Source of the DNA: Phoronis australis
Taxonomy: Eukaryota > Animalia > Phoronida
DNA: 64,000 nucleotides
NCBI GenBank assembly: GCA_002633005.1
Contig: NMRA01001046.1
Span: 556-64,555, forward strand
Direction of reading: 5' to 3'
Within the stretch, counting starts at the first letter, position 1. Each line of letters begins with the position of its first letter. Below, piece after piece: positions 13,471-26,337 of this stretch. The translations under genes were made by a program, and so were the position numbers. The notes below the pieces were generated by a model. The model was not told the origin of the DNA and did not search any database. It saw only the letters and a program-made list of their open reading frames with translations.

Positions 13471-15384
13471 GAAAAACACGTGCACGTAGTTCAACATAAT
13501 TACCTGTTGACAATTTTTAACAAATAAATGCAAAAAAGCAGTTAAGTACTTGAAGCTGATTTAACTCAAACTTTGAAGCTACTGACAGAGCGTCTCAGAA
13601 AATTTGTCCGGGTCTATTGGTCGATTCCCAGGATGACAGCCTGTTTTAAAGGTCGGGGTTCCAGTTTATCGGACTTGTTAGCTGTTGTGAATTTGCGTTA
13701 GTCTGTTTTCGACTCCGGGATATCTGTTTTGCACCTGGATTTCAATTTTGATGGAACACCTTGTCTATGGCGCGCGTACTTCTGATTGATTCCGATGACA
13801 CGGCCCGGCGTCTCTGGCATTTGTGGACAGGCTACTTCTCGTTTGCACGTACGGAACAAAACTATTATACATGTATGTACATGTAGTTTACTCAACCCGC
13901 GCGTACAAGCTAGGGCCGGGTCAAGCAATAATTGGTCGGACATCAAAACCACTTGCTCGGATTTCAAAATCAGCTGTAAGCCTATAGTGGCTGGACTGCA
14001 ATCCCCAATGTTAGTTTTGGGTGCAGCCAAATTGTTTTCGGAGTAAGACACGCGTTTTGAAGTCTGGACAACACGTTTGATCACCGGTCATTTCAAATGA
14101 TTTTGCAAACCAGACAAATGGTTTTGAAGTCCGGGTGAAGAGTGTCTTTGAAGTCCGACCACTTGTTGACCGCCAACCCCTCTCTTTCGAGAAGTGTGTT
14201 ACCAATTTTCTTCCAGTAACCAGCTTAATTTCCAGGATGGTGTCTTTGGTAATCTAGGAATTTCAGCTTTTGACACAAATGTACTCCTCGATCCGACCTT
14301 TCCCCCAGTCGGCACTATGTGGGTCTACAATCGTGCTTTGCGCGATTGTTTAGGAGACAAAATGTTGCACCACCCGCCTCATGATATCCTAGATCCACCA
14401 CTGTACTACACGTAACTTTGAGAAGTTTTTTTTTAGTTAGGCCTAACAGTTTGTTTTCTCAAACTATATTTACTGCAAAAATTACACGTGTATTTCTGAA
14501 CTTTCCACTGTCTCCCAAAATTAGCTTGAATCCGCTACCATTCACTGAAACTCGGACGAGACGATTAGCCCACACTCGGCTAGAAAAAAAAAACGATTTG
14601 TTACGATGCAACACACCTGTAGGTCTTTGATTTGATTTGGTCGCGTTGTTTTTATTTTCTATTTTTGTCTTTCAAACTTGCTAAATCGCTTCTCGTAATT
14701 GCATATACATGTAACAGAGAAGATCCAACCGAGCTCACGACCAGACTCGTTGGTCTTGCAAGTCCGCACTCTTAATGTATGTTCAGATCTAGTCGAGCTG
14801 TGGGTCGAGGGGGTCGTGGATCGAGGGGATCTTGGTGTGTGGGGTCGAGAGGGTTTTAGAACAATGCCTAACAGTTTGCTAGCAGTGATTTGGAAGTGGA
14901 CTCAACGTTTGTTATTTGCTAAGAGCGCGATCTGTCATTTTTCTGCTAACTCAGAAACCACGTCTCGTCTGCGCACAGTGAAGACGTTGAGGCCAATTTT
15001 ATAGTGATTCACGGTCGTAACCCAAAAGCTTGCTTCTTAAGCGGAACGTCGGTTTATGGCAGCATTAAACTTGTTAGTCAGGGATGGGAGTTGAGGACAG
15101 CCAAGTGCGCGGGATAAATGGTGCTCAGAAATGAGATCAAAATGACACCTGTGTCATCCAAAACGTAGGGGAGGATAAATTAGAAACAGTTCTGTAATAA
15201 GGGTCACTTTTTTCGCTCGCGTCTAGTGTCAAGCGTGCACTTAGAGTGCATGCCTGCCACTGCTATTAATGTACATTGTTTGGTAAAAACCCAGTTCAAT
15301 GAGTGGATTCATAGACTAGTAAGTGGACAGCCAACTCCGTAGATTTTTAATGGACAAAGTACACCTGTATGTGATCTTACACAT

Positions 15385-15800
15385 AAGCCGTCACGTCATT
15401 ATTCACTAGTGACACCTGGCAAAAATAGCAAGCAAGACTTCCGTCAAGTACGTCGTCTGCTAACCGTGGTTGGCTGTTGTGTGGTCGTTTTTTTTTCGGC
15501 CACACAAGCCAAATGTAAGTTTCTAAACACTGAAGTTTGAATTTTGCAATTACATGACCAGTAGCATTGCCAAAGGTACTCACGATACCAAAAGTTCTAC
15601 TATTGGAACACTTTGAACAGCGTTTCAATGTCCAAATTAATTTTTTCGTTGTAGGCATACTTGACAGTAAAATAGATGCGAGAATTTCCCATCGCGATAT
15701 TCTAACCGGGAACTGAAATTAGTAATCTAGGAGGGTAGCACCTCCTCTACGAAAATACGCAAGAAACTTTCGGAGTTGCGAATCCATTGTCAAAAATCTA
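15385..15800 (+). repeat. Dispersed repeat (probable non-autonomous DNA element); related copies at 22765-23210 and, inverted, at 62070-62153
   Basis: Shared blocks gacacctg..., caagtacgtcgtctgc, actcacgatacca, taaaatagatgc and ggagttgcgaatc in the same order. Confidence 0.75.
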
Positions 15801-17789
15801 TGGTGGATTTCAGTGTTTTTGTCAAAGCACAAAGTATAGAACTAATGCACGTGGGACTTAAAACAGACAGGACGCGAGACTAAGTAAAATTGCCCGTAGG
15901 ATTATATTAAAACATGTCATGCTAAACAAGCACGTGAGTTGACCTCTATATCCCACGTGAATTGTTACAGATTCAAGCCAATTTATTTTTTTTAGTGCGC
16001 GATATGCTAACGTCAATGTATACTTAACGAAAGAAGTTTATGATCTATCAGTAAGTTCATTTGATGTATGTTGCGCTTGCTGGGTGCTATCAAAACCAGT
16101 GTTCGGCAATCGCCAACTCAACTGTCAAGCTCAAGTTGTCTCATTTATTCGTTTTGATTGAGTGCATGCATGTACACACGGGACACACTCGATATTCTGT
16201 GTTAGCGTATGCTTTGAAATGGTTTTAAGGCTAGATATTTCAATATTTTTTAAATTCACATCTTATGATTGCCCTCAAATCTTTATATCAACACTAATTG
16301 TTTTTCGACAAGTAATGCTGAAAAAAAGAACTTCCTGATACTTGATGCACAAGCACCGTGCACAAATTAAACAAACGATTTGAAACTCACTTGTGAAGCA
16401 TCGAGAGAAAGAAAATGACGTTTCCGTGTACATGTCCTATGAAGCTTTAGTGCACAGCTGTTCAGTCAATGCAGTGATATCAAAAATAAACAAGAAGTTC
16501 CTCGTACACAATACACACGCAGTTTTAAGCTTCACCTAATGTTTGGCGAGATGACACAAGGCGTAATTTTGGTGTTGGAGTAGCCGGCCAGCTAGCTGTA
16601 TGAAGACTATCGACCACCCTGAGCGAGTTTTTATTTTCATAAAAACAGCTGATGGAAATAATGGCGTTCTTTACGATATGCATACATTAAGTTCACACAA
16701 AAACTGCAATTGACTAATCAAATATATTTTTGAACCAACGTAGCATCTTTATCGTCGCAAATGCAAAAGTTCAACTTATTGGTGAGAAGTGCACGATTGA
16801 GTTTAAAGCATGTTTTTCTTAAACGATGTGCCACTAAAAGTTTTCTTAAATCCGGTTCATGTAAATTTCTCTTTTTAAGTAGGTACTCGTTTGGGGACGT
16901 TTTTTGGGGTATAATGTTTATAAATATCCAATAGATGTCAACATAAGCCTAGGGTTTACTATTAAAAATCAAACGTAAGTTTTTAATTTGGATGTAAACT
17001 AGTATGCAAGCACATTCATTCACGCGTAGAGCAGGCCTAGCCGCATTTAACGAGCCACATATTGTACCAGTGCGTATGATTTATTTATGGGGTGCGGGAG
17101 GAGTTTCAATCTCAAGCGTGGTTTTCCTCACTTTGTTAGCGTACATGTATAAGCGAAAGCGCCTGATTCCGTATATAGGCGTAGCTTCGAATGTAAGCTC
17201 ATGAGCCTCTAGAAATCACTCGCGTATACGGTAAAAACTTGATACTTTTCTGCAACTGAATTTCGTATGAAAAGTTGACACTTAAAAAATACTAGTAACT
17301 TTCGCAGAAACTTCAATTCTGACACATGTATGAATGTTCAGATTGATTTGCAATGCAAACATACACGTAGAATATTTAACAACGAGGCACAGCAAATCGA
17401 TCATCACTTGACGTCCCACTCGGCTCGGTCGGAAGAGATTTAGAGGTCTAAAGCTTCGAAAATTTGGACACAAACATTACTGTACGCGTTTCTATACATC
17501 TGCAAATGACGAGTGGTGATGTCATAATGTAGGAATTACCGTAACAGTGTTTAGGCCCTAGAGACGTCGTTTGATGATTGTTATATTAAAATGCTGCGTG
17601 CGCGAAAACCCCCACACTCTGAAAATGATGCCACTCGGCAATTAGAATTTTTGAAAAATAGAAAAGGGTAAGATGCATAGATGACTCGTTTAAAGAAGCA
17701 TCATCGATCAACGAATTTTTCTGATTAGCTGTGCAGCATATGTTTAGACAACTTAGGCCTACATTAATCAGGTACTGAGCAGTTACTTA

Positions 17790-18042
17790 AACTGGCTACA
17801 TTTGACCGTCTACTACCATTTTATTAAGTGTATTAATTAAAAGTACACATGACCGTCGACCATTTTGTTAATGATATTAAGTTCACTACACGCGACCATC
17901 CACCAGTTTGTTAAATGTAGTAAATTGACTACATGCATTTGTCTACCATTTTGTTAATTTTATTTAGCTGACTACATTAGACCGTCCAGCATTTTGTTAA
18001 GTATAGTAATCTGGCTACACGTGACCGTCTACCATTTTGTTA
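17790..18042. repeat. Degenerate minisatellite of about 43 bp (ctaca..tgaccgtc.accattttgttaa), about 6 copies, plus one more at about 18410-18447
   Basis: Tandem units are visible. The array is interrupted by the dispersed repeat at 18047-18330. Confidence 0.75.
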
Positions 18043-18046
18043 CAAG

Positions 18047-18330
18047 ATTACAAAACCCGGCCTTGGCCTATGTTCTCAAAACGACGCTCCCATACAGTTC
18101 TCTGAAACAAAGTAATGCTCTCTAACCCTCGACAAACTTCAAATGTTTGGGGGAAATTTTGAAAACTCCTTTCAAAGTCTACTAAACGGGCAAGCGTGAC
18201 ATATGCTTTTAGCGAATTACACGGCAACTGTGGAAAAGGCCTCCCTGCACCCCCGACAACAATATCCAATCTGTGAGATTTTAGTTGATTCCTGTCTTTA
18301 AGTTGGAAGATTGATGCCAATAATGCATGT
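18047..18330 (+). repeat. Dispersed repeat, related copy at about 63185-63365
   Basis: Shared ttttgaaaactcctttcaa.gtc...ttacacg...gagat...ttgattcc blocks. Confidence 0.65.
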
Positions 18331-19707
18331 GCAGGTGGCAGAACGAGGTTTGGTGGTAATCATCAAAGCTAGGTTTAAACTTTAGTATCCTTTCTACATA
18401 CTGTACAGTAATTAACCGACTACATGTGACTGCCCACCATTTCATTAGAGGAGCATGCCACCCCAAAAACAACCTAATTTGTATCAATTTAGATCGAGTG
18501 GTTCTACTCCACAAGGACATGTACGGTTGCGTTACCTGACACCTGACGGCAGGCGGAGGTGTTGAAATTATCCAATGACGTCATCGGTTTCACACGCAGT
18601 CTGTTCAGCAGTTCACAACACGGGATACTGGTGTCAGCTTATCGTTTGAAGTCATCATTTAACAACAATAAATCATCAAACTACGATGTAAAACCTTTAA
18701 AAATACACCGAATTCTTATAAAAACGTGTTTTTTTTATTTCTCTCTTATGGATTTATTGGTATTTGGATACCGTAGCCTACCGAAGTTTGGCAGGCCAAT
18801 AAGGTCCGTAGCAGGAGTTTGGGGTCTGTTCGGAGATAATTTCGAAGGATTTTTCCGTGAGATACTTACAGGAGAACATAGATCTGTGTTGTTTAGACTT
18901 CTGATTTTTTGAGTTCTAAACACAAAACGCTTGTCATCCTGGCCAGTGGCTCGGAGCCCGATCAGGCCCTTCGCGGCCGCCGCCGGGGCCGGATTGACTG
19001 TCCCGGCCAGTGGCTTGGAAACTGTGATCAGACATCGCGAATATAAACCAGCCAAAGTTCAGTGGAAACTAAACTTCTAGTCAAGAAAATACTATACTAG
19101 TGAGCCAAAGTAATTTGCACGTGATTATGTTGGTGAATTAGCCACAAAACTGCAAATCTACTTAATCGTCGGGGGCCGCGAATTCAGATTCCGTTTTGGC
19201 CACAGCACCGTCAGGGCAGAAGTTGTACATTGACAATGATTATTTGAGTAATGTAAATGTAAATAAAGATTTGACCTTAACACCTGGCCGTGGCATGGAA
19301 ATGGAGTTGTTTTACAACAGTTTCTGCCAGCAAACACTAAATCAGCATGAGCTCACACGGCCTCGGTGTCCCGTCAATTAGTTTTATTGCAGCTAAAGCC
19401 GGTAACGCAGTGATTTATTCATTGCTAGATTCTCAAATCATTTGCACTCACGAACACTCAAAAGGCATTACAAATTGCATCTAATGAGCCAGACTTTCTC
19501 TCATTTTTATATAATATTGGTTAAGGTGAGAATAATTCATTTTGAAACAGAACGCTCAGTAATAAACGCCAACATGGTAACCGTCGCAATCCTGACTTAG
19601 GACGAGCTAGAGCTCACCAGTCCCGACTTCGCAGGTGGATCGAACAGGAATACAGTGATGAAGAAATACTACAGAGGCGCCGTGAACAAGCTCAGACAAC
19701 GGAACGT

Positions 19708-19720
19708 ATGAAGTTATTTG
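19708..19720 (+). CDS. Candidate start of the giant Ig gene (MKLF, phase-1 donor)
   Basis: ATG AAG TTA TTT G|gtaagc. Joins in frame to 20607-20669 and 21727-21834. Short and therefore speculative. Confidence 0.3.
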
Positions 19721-20606
19721 GTAAGCCGGCATTGATCGTCAGACACTGTCGACGTCTGCAGGCCACAGTCACGGAGATATTTCATGGCCTCATACTTGCA
19801 ATTTACAGCGTACATTTAATTCTTCACTACCATGAACCACTTTCTAAGCATTTCGGACTCTTGAGGAAGTAAAAAAAAAACGATATACCCGCTTTCCTCG
19901 CAGTTGCTAAGTTCGGACAAGCGGGAACGATGCACCGCAACATAGCGGCATTCACTCTGCATATGAACCATTAACGTCGCTAGCGTCTTTTCTCACCTTC
20001 CTCACAGGTTAGCGCTACACCTCTTGGCAAGGTAAGGTCGACCGTATGCGAGGCGATGTGGATATAGACCGATTAAGACCGCAAAAAAAGACTAATTAAA
20101 TCGGATGGCATTCTCTTTTAAGTATGCAAAATGTAGTAAGCACTATGACAATAGTTCAAAAAAAAAACTTGCTCCTCTGTTTTACTAAAATTTCCACATA
20201 TATATAATATGGCACATCAATGTCATGGTCTGTTCGATGCATTTTGTACATTTGTCCCTTGCCTTCTATGCGCAGGTTGTGGGTGACCTTCGCATAAGAC
20301 AACAGAAAATGCTGTCGATATGTCATTTATTAAGGCTACGTGGACATATTTTCTTCGAAAATAACGACCAGCTACCTTCGTCAGACTAGATCCGCCAGGG
20401 ATATGATTGAGCGTGCGTGCACACACAGTCAAGCATCTAAACGAAGACCGAAGTTTTTATTTGAAATGTGACTGTCGGCAACATTTTTGATATTTTGGGG
20501 CATGGCCGTCCTTTGTGCTAACAGTATGGGTAAAGACTGATATGAATGTTCAATGAAACGTTAAAAGAGAAAAAATCCTCTTAACTCGATGCATACTTAT
20601 TTCCAG

Positions 20607-20669
20607 TGACACTCAGGGCCACGCTGGTTCATGAAGCCGTCTTTATAGCAACCGCTATTGTGGGGATTG
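20607..20669 (+). CDS. Candidate signal-peptide exon of the giant Ig gene ((V)TLRATLVHEAVFIATAIVGI)
   Basis: Good sites ttatttccag| and G|gtatgt, 63 nt. Open only in the phase 1-1 frame used by all downstream exons. Hydrophobic AVFIATAIVGI. Confidence 0.4.
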
Positions 20670-21481
20670 GTATGTGCCCAAATTTGAGGCGAAATCATTA
20701 ACATTATCTGTCAATTGTACCTTAGAGTTTGATGCGCATTCTAAAGGCCATTTGTTGTACATGCATAATGTCATCAAATTGTATGCACAGTTTTGTAAAA
20801 CTAGTGATAAACTGAATTTGCAATTTGCCATGTTAAGCTGCCTAAATAAAATCGAATTTGTCCCTTACTCTCTGAAATCTGTGTCACAACATTTCGTAGC
20901 GTGATATAATTCCCTCCCCCTAACCAAATCAAGTCACAAGAATGCGAACGTGCAACAATTGCAAATTCGCAATTTTAGGTTTGGGCAAACTTGACATTAA
21001 CATTTTAAGCATTCTTTGAGACGTTGCTGGTTTTTGATGCTCTTGGGATGGGAATAGAATCCCGTTATGGTCAGGAATATCTTGACACCTATTGTATGAA
21101 AGTAAAAACCGATCCTCGTATTTATCCAGCTAATTAGGGTGAAACCTTGCTTGAAATAGTTCTTTCGAACGGCGTTGAAACTAATATTTGATGACGCGGA
21201 ACTACATGTAGCAATCTGACGCATTTTGTTCCGAAAGTCAAAGTTTTCGTTGCTTTCCAAATCAACTACTGTTCCAGTTGGCTTACAAATTACTTTACAC
21301 AAAGCGAAATCTCAAAACTAAAAAATAACGTAATGAGGAATCTTTAGGACATGTACAAAGATTCTGCAATTGCTACCGCAAGCATTATATTTGCCATCGG
21401 CATTATCGTTTTGATTCGCAGTAGCTTAGTGTCAGAAGAAGTGGAGAATAGGTTCGTCATTGGTCTCTAGGTGGCATTGAA

Positions 21482-21670
21482 GTATAAGATGATCACAAAC
21501 TTAGAGACGTGGTGGGTTGTTTTCAGATGTTTCGACCTGGTCCGTCACGTCTTTGTCATTGAATGAGCGAAAGGCGGGAAATCCCTTATTCATTGATAAA
21601 GACCTGTTGGACCACGTCGAAACGTCTACAAACAACCTACCACGTCTCTAAGGAAGTGAACACCTTATAC
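21482..21670. mobile_element. Long imperfect inverted repeat with Penelope-type minimal hammerhead ribozyme remnants on both arms
   Basis: Arms of about 85 bp: gtataagatgatcac..cttagagacgtggt / accacgtctctaag..gtgaacaccttatac. Plus arm ttca-TTGATAA-aGAC..GTC-GAAAC-GTC; minus arm ttca-ATGACAA-aGAC..GTC-GAAAC-ATC-tgaa. Confidence 0.55.
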
Positions 21671-21726
21671 TACAATCTTTGAATCGTTTGGAGATGCACA
21701 TTATTTTGTTTGGCATTTTATAACAG

Positions 21727-21834
21727 CGAATGTTACGACTGTGTCCATCGCAAGCATACCAACAGCAACGAATCCACCGACACAGACAAGTGCAGTCACC
21801 TCACCAATCATTACGAGCACAACACAACCTTCAA
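21727..21834 (+). CDS. Giant Ig gene, S/T/P-rich (mucin-like) exon
   Basis: ttttataacag| ... A|gtaagt, 108 nt, phase 1-1. NVTTVSIASIPTATNPPTQTSAVTSPIITSTTQPS. Confidence 0.7.
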
Positions 21835-22764
21835 GTAAGTGTGACTACAAACTGTGTTCAAAAAGCCTGTGACAAGAACACTGACGTTCACCGCGATCAA
21901 TCGGTGGATTTTGTTGAACGAGAATGACCGAGGCGTTTTATGTGGTAATATAAGTAGGTTTTTATTGAGAATCAAAGCCAACATCAAAATGAAAAGTCGT
22001 TCTGTTGGTGAAATGTTCTTACGTTATAGAAAGAAAGGGTGTATTTCATGGAGATAAAATGTTAATAATGCAACTTTACACAACAGTTCATTTATTAACA
22101 GAGAGAGCAACTTTGTATAAGGTATCTTACAATTAGTAACCAAAATTTGAGACGTACATGTATGTATGTATGTAACGGGTGCATGTGAGTATTTTCAGTA
22201 ACCTAAATATAAGACGGATATAACGGCTACACGTGAATATTTTCACAAAGCTTGGCGTCATTTGGTATACTTAACAGATCATTATGTGCAGTTTTCTTCT
22301 GAAAAGTTTAATTTATGTTAAAAACACTAGATTTTGTTTACCAACACTTCAGCACATTGCAGAATCAGATAAGGCTAAACCTATACATGTATTAACGTTG
22401 GCGATCTTGCATTTAAAAATGACTACCTACACATCTTTTGATAAAACATGTTCGGACTCAGTGCTTGACATTTAGGTTGATGTCAAGTCGCATTTGGGGA
22501 CCTGACAATAATCCCAGATCGCCAAAACGAGGGTGGCAAACGAAATCGGTGGTGGCCAAAACTGACGTCGGAACCGTTGGCTAAAATGGGGAGGGGGTTG
22601 CCGCACTCCAATCTGAGAAAGTTCCGACGCATACATATACCTAATCAATTTCTTCCCTTTAGCTTATGTAACATTCCTCTTGACACCTTAGACTACATGT
22701 ATACCCTGTAGTACATGGACCACCAACTCCGTGTATTTTCATTGGGCGAAACTCGTGATACTAC

Positions 22765-23210
22765 GTGGCGTCACTATTCATTAGCGACACCTGTCAGGCA
22801 TAACACGTTTTACTTCCGACAAGTACGTCGTCTGCCAATCATTTCGCAATTACATGAATACTAGCACTGCCACAAATACTCACGATACCAAGAGTTGTAC
22901 GACTGGAAGACCTTGAACAGTGTTTCCATGCCGAAATTATTTATTTTTTTTCGTTGTACTGAACACTAAAATAGATGCAAGAATTTCCATGCCACAATAC
23001 AGTAACGGGATGCTGAGTTTGCTATGTTTAGAGGGTGGCGGCTCCTCTAGGATATTACGCAAGAACATGTTGGAGTTGCGAATCTGTTGTCTATAATCTA
23101 TGCTGACACCATAGACTATAGACAACAGATTCGCAACTCCGATATATTCTTGCGTAGTATCCTAGAGAAGGCGCCACTCTCCTAATTTACCAACTTCAGT
23201 TTCCGGTTTG
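22765..23210. repeat. Second copy of the 15385 repeat, followed head-to-head by an inverted copy of its end (about 95-bp arms around 23095-23116)
   Basis: ...ggagttgcgaatctgttgtctata / tatagacaacagattcgcaactcc... is an inverted pair. Confidence 0.7.
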
Positions 23211-23344
23211 TGTCTGCTGCTACACGTAGCTTTACTTTCAAATGAAATGTCAAGAGTAATTATGAACAGGGACTGATTTTAATTGAATATAGCTTTCAAA
23301 ATCAACACGGTTACCTCAACACTGTTACAACGCATTTCTTTCAG

Positions 23345-23716
23345 TTGCTGGGTTTCGCATCACACTGACTGGTAATGTCACGTCCGCAGCCATATCACCG
23401 AATTCCTCGTACCCGCTAACCTATGGAGCCAATTACTACGTAGCTTGTGAAACAAACTTCATTCAAGTAGGCGCCACATTTGAGTTCGGTTTTGTGATCA
23501 CACAAGGAGGCAATTGGTCTATTACCAATCACTCAGAGATGTCTAGGTTTGGCGCTGGAGCTTTGACAGCACCTCCATATCCGCCGAACAACCTCGCGAA
23601 TTACTCGGCATCCATAACGTTCACTGCCAACGAAAGCATACACCACCGGGAAATAGCTTGCAGAATTAGCGGTGTTTCTGGTACTTTGATGAGAGCCTTT
23701 AAGGTGCATTTGAGTG
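23345..23716 (+). CDS. Giant Ig gene, Ig domain 1 (type A)
   Basis: tttctttcag| ... G|gtgagt, 372 nt, phase 1-1. YYVAC..FEFGF..EMSRFGAG..FTANESIHHREIAC. Confidence 0.85.
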
Positions 23717-24741
23717 GTGAGTTTTTGTGCGATGTGGTTCCTTTCTCACCTCAGTAAGGCTAGATTGATTCTTACATATCTATGTATCTACGTGTGCTTA
23801 ACGTGAAAACTGTTAAATTCAAACTGTAGTAACGCACGATGGTGAACATTGAGACGTGTACAAAAAACGGACTACTGTATTCCAAAATGAGGCACCAAAT
23901 TTGTGGACGGAGTATTCAAAATATCCCTGAAGGACAATCTTTGCAAACCATTCGAGTAGTTTATTTACAGAAAAATCAAGTGTTCCTGCCTGCGAGACTG
24001 AGTGTATCGGTGAAAAAGTTGTGGCTATCTACGTATAGTCCCTCAATTAGGCGCATGTACTGTTATGCTGGACATTTGAGTTGAACGTGCGTTGATTTTG
24101 GTGCTTCGGATATAGTTGCACCTCCCTAGTTTGCACAGACAGAAAGTCAGACACGATCGTTTCGGATTAGACATGAAAGCCTTCATGTATGCAACGGTAG
24201 CAGACAGTCAGGTTGAACAATCGCGACTCGATTGCTACTAAAACGTTGTGGCAGTTAAGTATATTTTTCAGATGAGATGAACCAAGCGATATTTTATGCA
24301 TGAGTCGTTCTTGAAAATGAAGCTTGTAATGCGTTTTAAAACTGTGTATCCTTAAACTTTAACTGATCCTGTACCAACCCAGAGTGTCACTAACTCACAC
24401 ACCCTGTGAGAAATAAAATGCATTTAGTGTATTTTTAAAAAATCATTCGAGGTTTGCCTATAACCGGATCATCACCTGCTCATAATTGTGGAACATACAT
24501 GTACATGTACATGTAGGTGCATGCGACTGTATGTGGGACATTTGAGCAACAAAATCTTTCTAAAACAAAAAAACGGATTGATCCGCATATTGGCGCATGC
24601 GAGTAATTGCGGGGCTGTACGGTTTTAATTCCTTAAAGGTGAAATACTGTCACGTAGAGTTATGTGGTCGATTTCAACGCCCTCTAGTTATCGCTTCGCC
24701 GCATACTGCATGATTTGAAACTTAATTTACGCATTTTACAG

Positions 24742-25083
24742 TCCAAACGCCCACGTTGGTTTTGGTAATTAAAGACGATAACGACACCGTGGTAATTGGG
24801 TCTTCAAGCAGAAGTGAGGGCGTCCTTGTGTGGGGCAGAAATTACACCGCACAGTGTCATGTCAATACTGCTTTTGAAACTGATGTGCAATTCTCTTGGG
24901 AGCCAACTCAATTCCCAAGGAAAACTCCTCGCTTAAGTTCTTCCAGTGGATCCTATACGTATACATCTCGCTCGGTATTCACTGCGTCAAGATTCAACCA
25001 CACCAAAACCGTGAAATGCACCTTGTGGCATGACACCATACATGAACTGAATGCGTCACAAACACTACTGATGAAAGTGTTCT
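24742..25083 (+). CDS. Giant Ig gene, Ig domain 2 (type B)
   Basis: ttttacag| ... T|gtaagt, 342 nt. GRNYTAQC..VQFSW..FTASRFNHTKTVKCTLWH. Confidence 0.88.
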
Positions 25084-26337
25084 GTAAGTAGAAAGAAGTG
25101 ACAGATTTTCTTTCGGTAGGATCACGTGGCAGCTAAAGGTTTAGGGCGGACAACTCACGCTCATGCTATACAATGTTTGTCATTTCGTCTCATCATTACA
25201 TGGAAGACCAGCGTGCGCAACAAATTGCCCTCGCAAATTATATTTTAGTACGCTAAACGTTTTTTAGGCATTCCTGTGAGGTTTCAAGAAACTGTGCATA
25301 CATGTACTTATTGACGTCATAGCTGTGGTTCATGTACCATTTCTTGTTTATTTCATTTAAAAACGTCTTAAATCACCGCCTTGCTAACATTTTATAACCT
25401 CTCTAGCTATACCCATAAGAGAAATTAGGCTTCACAGCTCCTTTTCTGTGCCAAGTTTTTGAAATCCGTTTAATTAATATGTTATGCGGAACGTGATCTT
25501 TACAGGTTGTCTCTAATTTTTTTCGAAATGCATGTTTGAAAGAGTACTGAAGTCCAGTTTCAAATGCGGACAATTATTATTTTTATAAAACGCGCGTGAT
25601 TGGGTTATATCTGTATGCAATTGAGTTTGCTGTCCCGTTGAAGCAACCGTATACACAATATTCCTGAATGGCCCAATAACCTGATGGAGGATGGGTACAT
25701 GCCAAATGCTTAATGGTGTTGTGATATTCTTCATTTTATATCAACACTTATTATTCGATATACGTTATGATTCGGCAACCGGGGTTACTAGGGAATGGTT
25801 ACCGTATATTTGGCATAACACAGACTGTGAATTAACTGATCAGACGGCTATGCGCATCATATTTCATTTCCCTTTGTTGCCTTCCAATGTCTGTGTGGTA
25901 CGAAACCTATAATCTGTTTATCCACACAGGCTGGCACGACTAGCCTACATGTACATGTACATGAATACACATGCCGTGATGCGAAGTATACTTTTGTACA
26001 TGTGCTACTGCCGCCACTTCCCACTTCGTGCTTGACGTAATCTGCATCTCTCCATAACAAACCATTTACACTTAGCTATCATTAGATTCTTTAAGGTCAA
26101 CCAGTTTCTAACTTTTCCCAAGTTGGGCTCGTCTACTAGCCTTCCACCGTCGACTTTGGAGTGGTACATATTTCGGAATTGCCTCCAGTATCTTCTTCTT
26201 TATAACCGGGTGCTGCTTTTAGACCTCAATATAATCCTTGAGGTCTTAGAGATGACACAATAGGGCTTTCCAAACAAAATTCTGGGCACTGGTTCTCCCA
26301 CCATTTCGCAGGCTATTCCTGGAAATCTGTTTTGTAG

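Noticed and set aside
13560-15000. Decayed retrotransposon gag-like region
   Set aside because: Looks coding-like on the minus strand but has many stops and no recognisable gag, RT or integrase motif.
21351-21470. Hydrophobic mini-ORF MYKDSAIATASIIFAIGIIVLIR as the signal-peptide exon
   Set aside because: No convincing phase-1 donor (only a weak A|gtagct); the 20607-20669 candidate has better splice sites.
25083-25091. In-frame stops right after several donors (CK*, RK*, C*) as programmed secreted isoforms
   Set aside because: Expected from the GTAAGT consensus and AT-rich introns; no consistent polyadenylation signals seen.
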